A stretch of DNA of 54,737 nt, the filler included, from Nitrospinae bacterium RIFCSPLOWO2_12_FULL_45_22 (GTDB taxonomy: Bacteria > 2-12-FULL-45-22): assembly GCA_001803565.1 (NCBI GenBank). It is 4 parts of 4 records of this genome, joined end to end, with 100 filler letters (N's around TTAATTAATTAA, not from the genome) between each part and the next. Parts side by side here need not be neighbours in the genome. Positions count along the whole stretch, not along the records: positions 26,201 to 42,379 come from MHDQ01000318.1; 3 more parts are not named here. The stretch is one strand, 5' to 3'. Every line of letters begins with the position of its first letter. The stretch's first letter is position 1. Below are positions 26,202 to 36,018 of this stretch, piece after piece. Position numbers and translations under genes: made by a program. A model generated the notes under the pieces. That model was not told where the DNA came from. It did no database searches and saw nothing but the letters and a program-made list of their open reading frames with translations.

Positions 26202-27455
26202 CTTATCGAGAAACAAGCTGAGAGTTATGCAAAGGTCTATCAGCGCTTTAAAGATAACCCTAAGGCGCAAAGTGATGCGGTATATTATAAATTCCTGAAT
26301 CAATATTATTCTAATATACTGCAGGCCAGGGAAACTGACCAACCACTGGGTCAGCATAATTTATTTGGCCCGGTGGAATTGTTCTATGCTATGGATATTG
26401 TTCCTTATCTGCAATGTCATCTCAGCGCAGTCGGGCCCGCGCTTTGGGACTGTACCGAATATTTTGAGCTGGCACAGGGGTTTGGGATTGCTCCTGAGTT
26501 CTGTTCTTTCGAGAAGTTACGGATCGGCTATATATTAGCGGATTCGATAACTAAACCCGATTTTATTCTTGGCACCAATCTTTACTGCACCGGGAGTATG
26601 AAGACCATGCTTATGGCCGCCCAAAAATGGGATATACCCTATTTTATTATAGATGCCCCGTATACCCGGGATGAAGCCTCCATAGATTATTACGCAGGGC
26701 AAATGAAAAAAGCAGTAGACTTTTTGGAAGCCCAAACCGGAAGAAAGATGGATTATGACCGGCTGCGGGAATTGACGCAAAAAACGAAAAAGTGTTTTGA
26801 TTATTTTCGGGAATTAGTTGAACTCCGCAAACTACCTTCTACGCCGGTGAGCTTTGTTAATGTGGCCAAGGGAAATGACATGTTGGAACTGGGTGCAGGG
26901 ACAGATACGGCAGTGGAATATTTCGAGAAGCTATTGAATGAAATCCATACCCAAAAGGCCGAGGGGATATCCGCGGTATCAGGAGAAAAGCTGCGGGTGG
27001 CATGGTGGGGGGCGCTGCCTGGTTTTGATACCAAAATAGTGCGGTGGTTGGCCCAGGAGCATGGGGTAAATATTGTGCTCGATCTCTTTACCCTGCTTGG
27101 TCCCCCGATTGAGACCGGTGAACACCTGAGCAATCCCCTCAAATATATTGCCCGGAAAACATTGAGTTTCCCGGTAGCCAGGCTTAGCGGACTTTTTTCT
27201 GATGTCTCTCAGGATATTACTCGGGTCGCTAAAGAAAGCAAGATAGATGCCTGCATAATATATACCTCCCTGGGGTGTACTCAGATCAGCGGGATTCGAA
27301 AGATCTATCGAGATGCGGTTACAGAAAAATTAGGGATCCCCACGTTTATCCTCGATGGGGATTATTGCGATTCCCGGGTCATTTCTGCCCCGCAGGTCAG
27401 AGCTAAGCTTGCAGAATTTTTTGCCTTGCTGGAACACAAAAAAAGCCAGGGTTAG
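26202..27455 (+). CDS. 2-hydroxyacyl-CoA dehydratase/benzoyl-CoA reductase family subunit (5'-truncated)
   Basis: Frame open from contig edge; PVELFYAMDIVP, FCS, TG.K.DYDRL, LDGD..D. Confidence 0.85.
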   Translation, partial: LIEKQAESYAKVYQRFKDNPKAQSDAVYYKFLNQYYSNILQARETDQPLGQHNLFGPVELFYAMDIVPYLQCHLSAVGPALWDCTEYFELAQGFGIAPEFCSFEKLRIGYILADSITKPDFILGTNLYCTGSMKTMLMAAQKWDIPYFIIDAPYTRDEASIDYYAGQMKKAVDFLEAQTGRKMDYDRLRELTQKTKKCFDYFRELVELRKLPSTPVSFVNVAKGNDMLELGAGTDTAVEYFEKLLNEIHTQKAEGISAVSGEKLRVAWWGALPGFDTKIVRWLAQEHGVNIVLDLFTLLGPPIETGEHLSNPLKYIARKTLSFPVARLSGLFSDVSQDITRVAKESKIDACIIYTSLGCTQISGIRKIYRDAVTEKLGIPTFILDGDYCDSRVISAPQVRAKLAEFFALLEHKKSQG

Positions 27456-27532
27456 GCCGACATAATCTTTCCCACGAAGCAGGTAGTAGCCAAAGGATAT
27501 TCTCAAATCTCTCGCAAAGAAAGGGGTTAAAT

Positions 27533-28651
27533 ATGATAGAGGCATTTCAAGAATCATTTTTAGCGCGGTTCGCTAAAGCCAAAAACCATAAAGCATCTGG
27601 TCAAAAAATAATCGGTTGGATGTGTATTTACACACCCGAGGAGTTGCTTCACGCCGCGGGTTTTTATCCCTTCAGAATCCTGGGAAACCCGGGTGAGACC
27701 CTTCAAGCCGATGCATATTTCCCCCCCAATATGTGCTCTTTTACCAGAAACTGCCTGGAAGGGGTCTTTGACGGGACATATGACTTTCTGGATGGATTCA
27801 TAACCAGTAACAACTGCGACCATATCCGCCGTTTCTATGATATCTATTATGAGTATCGAGACAGACCCTTTATGCAGATATTGAATGTTCCCAATATTAT
27901 CTCTCCCGAGTCGGAAGCATTTTTTATTCAGCAATTGCGGGATCTGAAAAAGAGTTTAGAAAAAAAATTTAACCTGCCGGAGATATCGGATAGGTCCATT
28001 AAAGAGTCCATCCGGCTATTCAACCGGATGCGGGAACTATTGAAAAAAGTTTACTTACTCAGGACCTCGCAGCAGCCACCGATCACCGGAGTAGAGGCAT
28101 TAGAGATTGTCAGAGCGGGTATGGTACTCCCCAAAGAGGAATATAATCCTATGGTGGAGGATTTTTTACAAAAAATATCCGAAAAAGCGCCTGGTGGCGG
28201 CGACCATGACTATCGGCTTCTCCTTACTGGGAGCGAAATGGATGATGTGGATTATATTAAATTGATAGAAAGTCTTGGTGGCTTGGTGGTAACAGATGAT
28301 TTATGCAATGGGAGCAGATATTTCTGGGACCTGGTTGATGAAGAGGAAAAAGACCCGATAGTAGCTTTAGGAAAACGATACCTGAAACATGCTCCTTGCG
28401 CCCGGATACAACCTATAGATAACAGAATCAATCACCTGCGAGAAATGATAAAGACCTTTTCGGTGGATGGAATTATTATGCAGTATCTAAAATTTTGTGA
28501 TCTCTATGGAGCAGACCTCCCTTTATTAAAAAGGGCAATCAAAGACCTTGATATACCTCTGCTCTGTTTGGACAGGGAGTATGGGGTAGGGGGTGTGGGC
28601 CAGATGAAGACCAGGGTCCAGGCATTTTTTGAAGTGCTGGAAGCAGCTTAA
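27533..28651 (+). CDS. 2-hydroxyacyl-CoA dehydratase family subunit (HgdB/BcrB-like)
   Basis: PEELLHAAG, CDHIRR, DDLCNGSR, KFCD, TRVQAF. Confidence 0.88.
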   Translation: MIEAFQESFLARFAKAKNHKASGQKIIGWMCIYTPEELLHAAGFYPFRILGNPGETLQADAYFPPNMCSFTRNCLEGVFDGTYDFLDGFITSNNCDHIRRFYDIYYEYRDRPFMQILNVPNIISPESEAFFIQQLRDLKKSLEKKFNLPEISDRSIKESIRLFNRMRELLKKVYLLRTSQQPPITGVEALEIVRAGMVLPKEEYNPMVEDFLQKISEKAPGGGDHDYRLLLTGSEMDDVDYIKLIESLGGLVVTDDLCNGSRYFWDLVDEEEKDPIVALGKRYLKHAPCARIQPIDNRINHLREMIKTFSVDGIIMQYLKFCDLYGADLPLLKRAIKDLDIPLLCLDREYGVGGVGQMKTRVQAFFEVLEAA

Positions 28652-28671
28652 ACAGGAAAGGAGGAATAATC

Positions 28672-29739
28672 ATGGGAAATGAAGTATTTGAAAGTCTAAG
28701 GGAGCATCTTCATAAATTGCCCTTAGGGGCGCCGAAAACCGGTAAGGGTGTTGAAATCTCTCTCCTGAGAAAGCTCTTTACTGAAGAGGAGGCCAAATTA
28801 GCTACCTTACTTACTCCTATTCCTGAACCGGTAGATGCCCTCGCTAATAGGATGGGAATGGATAAGAAGGAATTGTCTGAAAAATTAGATAAAATGTCGC
28901 GTAAAGGATTAATCTTTCGCATGGGAGAAGGAGAGCAAACAGCATTTAATTTAGTTCCTATCCTCCCGGGGATTTATGAATTCCAGGTGAATAATATAGA
29001 TAAAGAAACAGCAGAGATATTTGAGGAATATTATACCGCCGCCTTAGGCAACGAAGTTTTTGCCGCCCCAACTCCTTTTATGAAGGTTGCACCGGTGGAA
29101 AAAGAAATCCCTTCTGAAATAGAAGTATTCCCCTATGAGAAGGTCTCCGAGCTCATCAAAGAGGCGGATACGATTGCTGTAGCCGATTGTATATGCCGGA
29201 AAGAGCAGAAATTGGTGGGGAAAGGCTGCGAAGCACCCACGGACAACTGCTTATTATTTGGCCATTGGGCTCGATTTTATGTCGGGAACGGTTTAGCGAG
29301 ACAGATTAATCAGGACGAAGCCCTTGAGGTGTTGAATAAAGCTGAAGAGGCGGGTTTAGTCCACTGTACGAGTAATACCCAGGTGGGTCATATGGCTATC
29401 TGCAATTGCTGTGGCTGTTGCTGCGGTATTCTCAGGGGTATTACTCATCTAAAAAATCCTCGGGCAGTCGCTAAATCGGATTTTGTCCTTAGTATCAATA
29501 CCGAAGAATGTATCGGTTGTGGAGCCTGTGTGGATAGGTGCCAGGTAAAGGCCCTCGAACTCCAAGATGATGTCGCAGTAGTAGACCGGGAAAGATGTAT
29601 CGGTTGCGGGGTATGTGTGATGACCTGCCCGGTTGAAGCCCTGAGCCTGGAGAGGAAAAGGGCTGATGAAATAGGAGTGCCGGCACAGGATTTTACCGCG
29701 CTGATGGTCAAGATAGGTCAAGAGAAAGGGAGGTTATAA
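28672..29739 (+). CDS. Poly-Cys 4Fe-4S protein with N-terminal winged-helix-like region
   Basis: CICR, CNCCGCCC, two CxxCxxCxxxC. Confidence 0.8.
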   Translation: MGNEVFESLREHLHKLPLGAPKTGKGVEISLLRKLFTEEEAKLATLLTPIPEPVDALANRMGMDKKELSEKLDKMSRKGLIFRMGEGEQTAFNLVPILPGIYEFQVNNIDKETAEIFEEYYTAALGNEVFAAPTPFMKVAPVEKEIPSEIEVFPYEKVSELIKEADTIAVADCICRKEQKLVGKGCEAPTDNCLLFGHWARFYVGNGLARQINQDEALEVLNKAEEAGLVHCTSNTQVGHMAICNCCGCCCGILRGITHLKNPRAVAKSDFVLSINTEECIGCGACVDRCQVKALELQDDVAVVDRERCIGCGVCVMTCPVEALSLERKRADEIGVPAQDFTALMVKIGQEKGRL

Positions 29740-29757
29740 GACACCAATCTTTAGGTT

Positions 29758-30099
29758 CTAATCAGTCTCTATTTCATGGACCAAGAGTTCCATTCCCTGG
29801 GTAAGGTTTACCTCTTTGCTTTGACACTGGGGGCAAGAAAACTGGTAATTCTCAACCAGAAAAATAGCTTGACATTGATTACATTGCCCTTGGATGGGTA
29901 TTTTTTCTATATCAATTCTTGCCCCCTCAGCCAGAGTCCCTCGAGAAACAAAGTCAAAGCAAAAAGAGAGGCTTTTGGAGACAATCCCCCGCATCTCTCC
30001 AGCCTTGATCTTGATACTATTGATGCGGGTGGCCTTATTTTTCCTGGCTTCTTCCTCTACAATCCTCAAAATATTCTGGGCAATGGATAACTCGTGCAT
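29758..30099 (-). CDS. hypA: Nickel metallochaperone HypA
   Basis: MHELSIA, two CxxC. Confidence 0.93.
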   Translation of the reverse strand: MHELSIAQNILRIVEEEARKNKATRINSIKIKAGEMRGIVSKSLSFCFDFVSRGTLAEGARIDIEKIPIQGQCNQCQAIFLVENYQFSCPQCQSKEVNLTQGMELLVHEIETD

Positions 30100-30111
30100 T
30101 TTTTCTATCTC

Positions 30112-30759
30112 TCAGGAGATTAAGTTCCCTCTCAGCCAGTCTAACCATCTAGACAACCCTTCATCTGTCCTGCAGGATAGTTCAATAATTTCCAACTGGG
30201 GATTGATTTGCCGGGCATTCGCTTTAGCCGATTCCATGGAGAAATCGGTATAAGGGAGCAAGTCTATTTTATTAATCAACATGACCGATGATTCTCTGAA
30301 CATTAGGGGGTACTTGAGAGGTTTATCATCCCCTTCGGTAACACTGAGGAGCATGACCTTATGATGTTCTCCCACCTTAAATTCCGCCGGGCATACCAGG
30401 TTGCCGACATTCTCAATAAATAGGAAGTCCAGTTCCTCCAAGGGCAAATCATCTATAACCCCTTTGATCATACTGGCATCCAGATGGCAAACGCTCTTGG
30501 TATTTATCTGGACAATGGGGATCTCCAATTTCTCCATCCTTTCTGCATCCCTGGTGGTCTCTATATCTCCTTCTATGACGCCTATCTTATATTCTTTACC
30601 TAAACTTTTTATGGTCGTCTCTAAAAGGGTGGTTTTACCTGATCCCGGAGCACTCATCAGATTAAGAACGAGTACTCTAGATTTATCAAACAAACTCCTA
30701 TTCTGGAGAGCTATATGGTCATTTGCCTCCAAGATATCCTCTAATACTTTAATTTTCAT
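30112..30759 (-). CDS. hypB: Nickel incorporation GTPase HypB
   Basis: PGSGKT, CHLDA, ENVGNLVCP, EGDDKPLKYP, NKID. Confidence 0.95.
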   Translation of the reverse strand: MKIKVLEDILEANDHIALQNRSLFDKSRVLVLNLMSAPGSGKTTLLETTIKSLGKEYKIGVIEGDIETTRDAERMEKLEIPIVQINTKSVCHLDASMIKGVIDDLPLEELDFLFIENVGNLVCPAEFKVGEHHKVMLLSVTEGDDKPLKYPLMFRESSVMLINKIDLLPYTDFSMESAKANARQINPQLEIIELSCRTDEGLSRWLDWLRGNLIS

Positions 30760-30792
30760 AGCCTTAATCCTTTCTAATATTGCTCAGAAAAT

Positions 30793-30843
30793 CCCCCTCA
30801 CCCTAACCCTCTCCCCTCAGGGGAGAGGGTTAGGGTGAGGGGG
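30793..30843. repeat. Perfect 25-bp inverted repeat with 1-nt spacer
   Basis: CCCCCTCACCCTAACCCTCTCCCCT-c-AGGGGAGAGGGTTAGGGTGAGGGGG, flanked by GAAAAT...TTTTC. Confidence 0.92.
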
Positions 30844-30981
30844 TAGTTTTCATCCTTCGTGGTGCCCCTTGGGGCATGATGGTTTGCTCTGGATTCAGGA
30901 TTATCTAAAAGATTTGGCCAAAAAGTTTAAAATTTCCTTAGTCATACATGCCTGCTGTAGGACTCCCCATCTCCTGATTAA

Positions 30982-31386
30982 TTACTGCCTGCCTGCCCTT
31001 TCCCGGATAAAATCTACTATTTCCTTTACCGGTGTGCGGCTAGAAAAGACCTCCGCTACACCCATGTCTTTCAATCGAGGGACATCTTCTAAAGGAATCG
31101 GCCCTCCTACGATCACCAAAAAGCTTTGCTCCATCCCTCTTTCCCGCAATTGTCCCATTATTTTCTGCATTGCACCAACGTGGGCTCCAGAATAGATACT
31201 TACGCCTATCACATTTACATCTTCCTGGATAGCCGCAGAGACAATTTGGTCCGGAGTTTGATGCAGACCTGTATATATTACCTCCAGGCCCGCTTCACTC
31301 AGCCCCCGCGCTACCACGATGGCGCCCAACTCATGTCCGTCCAGGCCGGGCTTGGCCATCAATACCCTGATCCTATTCCCAGTCAT
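30982..31386 (-). CDS. Cobalamin-binding small subunit of acyl-CoA mutase
   Basis: KPGLDGHELG (DxHxxG), S..SGAH, GG. Confidence 0.92.
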   Translation of the reverse strand: MTGNRIRVLMAKPGLDGHELGAIVVARGLSEAGLEVIYTGLHQTPDQIVSAAIQEDVNVIGVSIYSGAHVGAMQKIMGQLRERGMEQSFLVIVGGPIPLEDVPRLKDMGVAEVFSSRTPVKEIVDFIRERAGRQ

Positions 31387-31402
31387 TTGACCCTCCTATT
31401 GA

Positions 31403-33073
31403 TTAGATTAAAGCCGGGGGCACAAATTCACCAAATACTTCCTTTAAGGTTCTGGTCATTTCGCCGATAGAGACATAGGTTTTGGCTGCATCAATGAGAT
31501 AAGGCATCAAATTCTTTTTTTCTCTGGCGGCATCCTTTAATCTGGTTAGGCATCCTTTTACCTGCTCATGGCTTCTGGAGGCCTTAAGGCTTTTCAGACG
31601 TTCAATATGCTTGTTTATTGCTTCCATATTGGGTTTGTGCATGGTCAGTCTTTCTCTTGGATCTCGTTCGCCCTCTATTTGATATTTATTTCGCCGGACA
31701 ATAACACGTTGGCCATTGGCTATCTCGCGCTCCACCTGGTGATAATACTCGAGGATCTGTCTCTTCATATAGCCCGATTCAATGGCTGCAGCCGCCCCGC
31801 CCTGATTTTCTACCTCCTGTAAAACATTGACTATTTTATGCTCCATCTGGTTAGTAAGCCACTCAATATAAAATGAGCCGCCCAGAGGATCAACCGTTTT
31901 GGTAATATTAGTTTCCTCTGCCAGTATCTGTTGGGTACCTAATGCCAGGCTCTGACTTTTTTGGTCAGGGATAGCAAACACTTCATCAAAACCGGGATGG
32001 GGAGTTGCCTGAGCACCGCCTAATGCTTGAGCGAGACCTGCCAGGGCAGCCCTTACTAGATTTAACTCCGGTTCCTCAAATTGTAACCAGAGGGGGCAGG
32101 CCAGGGCCGTGAATTTTAGGGCCATAGAAGCCGGGTTTTTAGCACCATATCTATCGCGTAGCAATTTTGCCCATAAACGTCTGGCGGCCCTATATTTTGC
32201 TACTTCCTCGAAGATATGGGGTGTGGTAGAAAAGAAAAAGGTAAATTTTGGGGCAATCTCATCTACCTTCAATCCTCTCTCCAAGGCTTCATTCAAGAAA
32301 CATAAGGCATTGGAGAAACTAAAACCTACTTCTTGGGCCATATTGGCGCCGCCCTCACTCATATTCACTCCCTTGATATTGATGGGATAAAATTTAGGTA
32401 ATTGTTTTGCGGCATATTCTATTAAATCAGTCGCGAGGCGCACGCTGTGTCGTAAAGAAAAAACTGTGGTGCTCTTTGATACCGCCGTACTTAATGGGTC
32501 GTTGGAGATAGAGCCGGAGAGTTCTTTTTGGGACACCCCCCTTTTTTCTGCAGCAGCTATGTACATAGCTACTATCAAGGGGGCCAGGGTCTCCATGTTG
32601 GAATAGAAAGGAACTTTTCCTATGGGTAAGTCTTCAAAGAGGATCTCAATATCTTTAGTAGTGCAGATGGGGATGCCTACCCGGCCCACATCATCCTCTG
32701 CCTGGGGATCGTCAGAATCTAATCCCATATGACTGGGTAAGTCATAAACAATACTGAAACTGGGCTGGCCAGCCTTATAAAGAAATTTCCACCTTCTGTT
32801 GGTATCTTCTGGAGTATCAAACCCGGTAAAAACACTATAGCGCCACGGTTTATGCCGCGACATTTCTGGGTAAGGCCCCCGCGTGAAGGGATATTCTCCC
32901 GGAAAGCCGATATCTTTTAAATAATCACTCAAATTAACATCAACTGGGGTATAGATAGCTTTGATCTCTATGTCCAGGTCAGTCTTGATAGGAGAAGAAT
33001 CTTTTAATCCATATTCCTTTTCCCACCTTTCTTGTTCCTGGGTAATCTTTTTTAAATCATTTCCCTCCACCAT
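31403..33073 (-). CDS. Methylmalonyl-CoA-mutase-family large subunit (divergent)
   Basis: PGEYPFTRG, DLPS.MG.DSD, EEVAK.RAARRLW, DPLGGS; ATG at 33073 with RBS. Confidence 0.9.
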   Translation of the reverse strand: MVEGNDLKKITQEQERWEKEYGLKDSSPIKTDLDIEIKAIYTPVDVNLSDYLKDIGFPGEYPFTRGPYPEMSRHKPWRYSVFTGFDTPEDTNRRWKFLYKAGQPSFSIVYDLPSHMGLDSDDPQAEDDVGRVGIPICTTKDIEILFEDLPIGKVPFYSNMETLAPLIVAMYIAAAEKRGVSQKELSGSISNDPLSTAVSKSTTVFSLRHSVRLATDLIEYAAKQLPKFYPINIKGVNMSEGGANMAQEVGFSFSNALCFLNEALERGLKVDEIAPKFTFFFSTTPHIFEEVAKYRAARRLWAKLLRDRYGAKNPASMALKFTALACPLWLQFEEPELNLVRAALAGLAQALGGAQATPHPGFDEVFAIPDQKSQSLALGTQQILAEETNITKTVDPLGGSFYIEWLTNQMEHKIVNVLQEVENQGGAAAAIESGYMKRQILEYYHQVEREIANGQRVIVRRNKYQIEGERDPRERLTMHKPNMEAINKHIERLKSLKASRSHEQVKGCLTRLKDAAREKKNLMPYLIDAAKTYVSIGEMTRTLKEVFGEFVPPALI

Positions 33074-33356
33074 TTTTCCTTTCCTCCTTACTTCCTTCAA
33101 TATGTGTAGCTGGTTAAATCATCTAGACCATTGAGCGAGTTGTATATTCTTTGTAGCATTATACTCTCCTGAAATCCTTATTCCAAGGGGCTTTTTATCT
33201 GAGAGACGTTTCGAGGAAAAACATACAGCAGGGGTAAGGATCCCGCATGATAAAAGAAGGCCAATGAATGCTCATAGAAATCCAGATAAACACGGACCCC
33301 CCTAAATTCGCCAATAAAATCAAATCCCTGGCGAGATTACCCATGTGATTGGTTTA

Positions 33357-34463
33357 TTACTGATGCATAACTTCTTTAATTTGTGTCTGGTGAAGTTCCT
33401 GAAATGTAGCAAAAGGTGGCCTTTTATCCTCCCTTCTTTTTAATTTAGCTGCCCCACTAAGACAGGGGGAAAGGCAAACTCCACAACCGATGCAGACACT
33501 CTGGTCTGCTACAGGATGACCATCTTCCATGGTAATTATCTCCAAAGGGCAAGCATCCACACATAGGCCACACCCTGTGCATTCCTGGTCTTCCGTAATT
33601 CGAAGAAAATATGTATCCATGATAAAATCCCTGGGCACTTTTCTGCTCTTGATGGGATATATATTCCAGCAGCAACAGGGACAACAGTTGCAATTATGAT
33701 GAACATCATCCTGACAATTATCCACAAAATGGATCAGCCCTTCTTCCTCCGTCTTCTTAATAATTTTAACCGCCTCTTCATTGGTAATTTCTCTTCCTAT
33801 ACCCTTCTCTATGACAAACCTCGCCATATCATTGAATTTTAAACAGTTCTCCAAACTGTGATTGCATTCCCTTTTCCCCAATAAGTCTCGCTGCATACGG
33901 CAAGGGCAATGGACAACCGCAATTACCTCTGCTCTCTCGATAATGCCGGTCATTTGTTCGTAAGGAAGAACTCCCTGGAGCGTGTAATCTACGGCTTTTT
34001 CAATAGGTAAATATCTAAAACTTTTGGCGTTCTCCGTTCCGCGGGCCTTATCCAAAGAGTTTGATTCTTTATAATTTTGCGCACATAACTCGGCCATTTT
34101 CTTCGCATATGAAGTATTTTCACCCTTCCAGAAGAAAATCTGAGGGAATCCAAAACCCCATTGAATAAAACCATAACCGGGTTTTCCGGAACCAGTGGTC
34201 TCCTTATAAACAAAGCCTTTTTTAGCCAGACCTTCCAGGGCTTTACCAGCTTTTTCAGGCTCTATACCTGCCCTCCGGGCTATGATATCTATTTCTTCTA
34301 CTTCGAAGGGAGGCAAATTAGGAGGCAATCCTAAGATTACTTCTAATTCGTCCTGAGCAAGGTTATATTTAAGCAATTCTATCATAGCATCAGACCTGCC
34401 ATACCCCAATCCTATATTCTCCAAATGTTCTTTAAGGGCCTCTTCAATATTTCGTTTTTCCAT
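33357..34463 (-). CDS. Poly-Cys 4Fe-4S protein, paralogue of 28672-29739
   Basis: CPCR, CNCCPCCC, two CxxCxxC; ATG at 34463 with AAGGAGG. Confidence 0.8.
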   Translation of the reverse strand: MEKRNIEEALKEHLENIGLGYGRSDAMIELLKYNLAQDELEVILGLPPNLPPFEVEEIDIIARRAGIEPEKAGKALEGLAKKGFVYKETTGSGKPGYGFIQWGFGFPQIFFWKGENTSYAKKMAELCAQNYKESNSLDKARGTENAKSFRYLPIEKAVDYTLQGVLPYEQMTGIIERAEVIAVVHCPCRMQRDLLGKRECNHSLENCLKFNDMARFVIEKGIGREITNEEAVKIIKKTEEEGLIHFVDNCQDDVHHNCNCCPCCCWNIYPIKSRKVPRDFIMDTYFLRITEDQECTGCGLCVDACPLEIITMEDGHPVADQSVCIGCGVCLSPCLSGAAKLKRREDKRPPFATFQELHQTQIKEVMHQ

Positions 34464-34512
34464 TGGTAAAATTCCTCCTTTTGTAAAATGATTCAATCAG
34501 CATAAAGGCCGA

Positions 34513-34541
34513 TTAATATCATCATGATAGTCATTTGTCAA
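34513..34541 (-). promoter_or_regulatory. Candidate sigma70 promoter
   Basis: TTGACA-17 bp-TATTAA on minus strand. Confidence 0.4.
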
Positions 34542-34574
34542 AGATTATTTGGAACTAAGTTTTTGACTTTATAC

Positions 34575-34841
34575 GTAACAGTTTAGCCAAATAAAGTATA
34601 CCAAAGATTTGTCACGGATAGACACGGATTACATAGCTAACCTTTCCCTGCCACTAAGGCTCAAAGACACCAAGGAGCTCAAAGCTTAAAATGCAAAGTG
34701 TAAAATTAAGGTAATTATTCCTCAGCTTTGCACCTTTAGCTTTGCGTTTTACGTTTCCTTAGTGACTTAGTGCCTTGGTGGCCTAATCTGCGTCTCTGTG
34801 TTCATCCGTGGTTAAAATCCTAATTTTGCCTAAACAATTAC
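34575..34841. mobile_element. MITE-like composite palindrome (GTAAC family), multiply nested
   Basis: GTAACAGTTTAGCCAAATAAAGT...GCCTAAACAATTAC; inner CACGGAT..ATCCGTG and GCCACTAAGG..CCTTGGTGGC arms; inner part recurs at 42562-42623. Confidence 0.75.
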
Positions 34842-35070
34842 CTTTATACAGATTTATTTAGCAATAATATCACTGTAAACAAAATAAATTACCTGTGTAA
34901 GCTTAGTTTTCTCTGGTTCCCAGAATCAAATTCCTTTATTATAATTCCGGGAGGATTTTGATAAAGGTAAGGCCCCGGAAATGACAGGAATCTTTTTTTG
35001 TATAGATAAAAGATGGAGCCCGGTTTTCTTGTCGGGCCGACCGTAAGGAGTAGATCTAAGGAGGTGACAG

Positions 35071-35817
35071 GTGGATATAAGGGATCTAAAAGTGAAAATA
35101 CTGGGAATTGTAGCCACGCCTATAAAGAATGGGAATACCCAATTTATTGTAAATGAGGCGTTGCGAATGGCTGAAGCGGAAGGTCCTGTGGAAACAGAGG
35201 TCATCCATCTGGAGGACTATCAGATTGGTTATTGTACTGGCTGTGAGGGCTGTTTGAGAAAGGTGCATAAGGTGCAGCAAGAGGTGGGTTGTGACATAAT
35301 CCCGGTTCCGATAAAGGAATATAACTGCACTATTAAGGATGATATGGAGGTATTGCACCGCAAGCTCTTAGAGTGTGATGGTCTTATTCTGGGTGCCCCA
35401 GTATATATTGCTACCATACCTGCCCAGCTCAAGACATTCCTGGACCGTTGTCGTACATTCGTCCATGACTATCGCCTCAGGGGAAAGGTGGCCCAGGCGC
35501 TAACCGTTGCGTTTTACCGGAATGCCGGTGAAGATACGGCTCTCGCGGCAATGAATATTACTTTGCTCGGCTTAGGCTTCACCATAGTTGGCTATGGAGG
35601 ATCCACGGTATCTACCAGGGAAGGATTAGGCATCCTTGTGAGAGGGAAACGAATCGCAGTCACTGAAGACCAACTGGGTATGATGTTGATAAGGACGGTT
35701 GGCAGCCAGGTAGCCCAATATGCTCTCCGCCTTAAAGCAGGGACCAGGGCGCTTAAGGAGGCAGGTATCGAGCTTCGCGAGAAGGCGATGTATGCTGTTC
35801 CCGGCAGTAAGAAGTAG
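35071..35817 (+). CDS. Flavodoxin-fold iron-sulfur flavoprotein (NAD(P)H:FMN reductase family)
   Basis: TP.KNGNT, CTGCEGC, C.IKDDM, APVY, LKTFLDR; GTG start with AAGGAGG. Confidence 0.85.
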   Translation: MDIRDLKVKILGIVATPIKNGNTQFIVNEALRMAEAEGPVETEVIHLEDYQIGYCTGCEGCLRKVHKVQQEVGCDIIPVPIKEYNCTIKDDMEVLHRKLLECDGLILGAPVYIATIPAQLKTFLDRCRTFVHDYRLRGKVAQALTVAFYRNAGEDTALAAMNITLLGLGFTIVGYGGSTVSTREGLGILVRGKRIAVTEDQLGMMLIRTVGSQVAQYALRLKAGTRALKEAGIELREKAMYAVPGSKK

Positions 35818-36018
35818 CATTTCGGTGCATACCTCCTTATATTGCACTCATTACGCAATGATCATTCAAAACATAATGATGTTGACTCACTGGAGCCATG
35901 AGTGTTTCAGAGGCCATACAGAAAAAAAAGGCTTGACAGAAAATAGGGGGTATGGTAGAGGGAGTTAAAACTTAGAGAAAGGACATCAATGGCAAAAATT
36001 AAAGGGGGGGTGGTTTAG

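Noticed and set aside
22540-28651. Joint benzoyl-CoA reductase locus (redox operon plus Bcr-like subunits)
   Set aside because: The genes are on different contigs, and no BamB/C or BcrA/D genes are visible.
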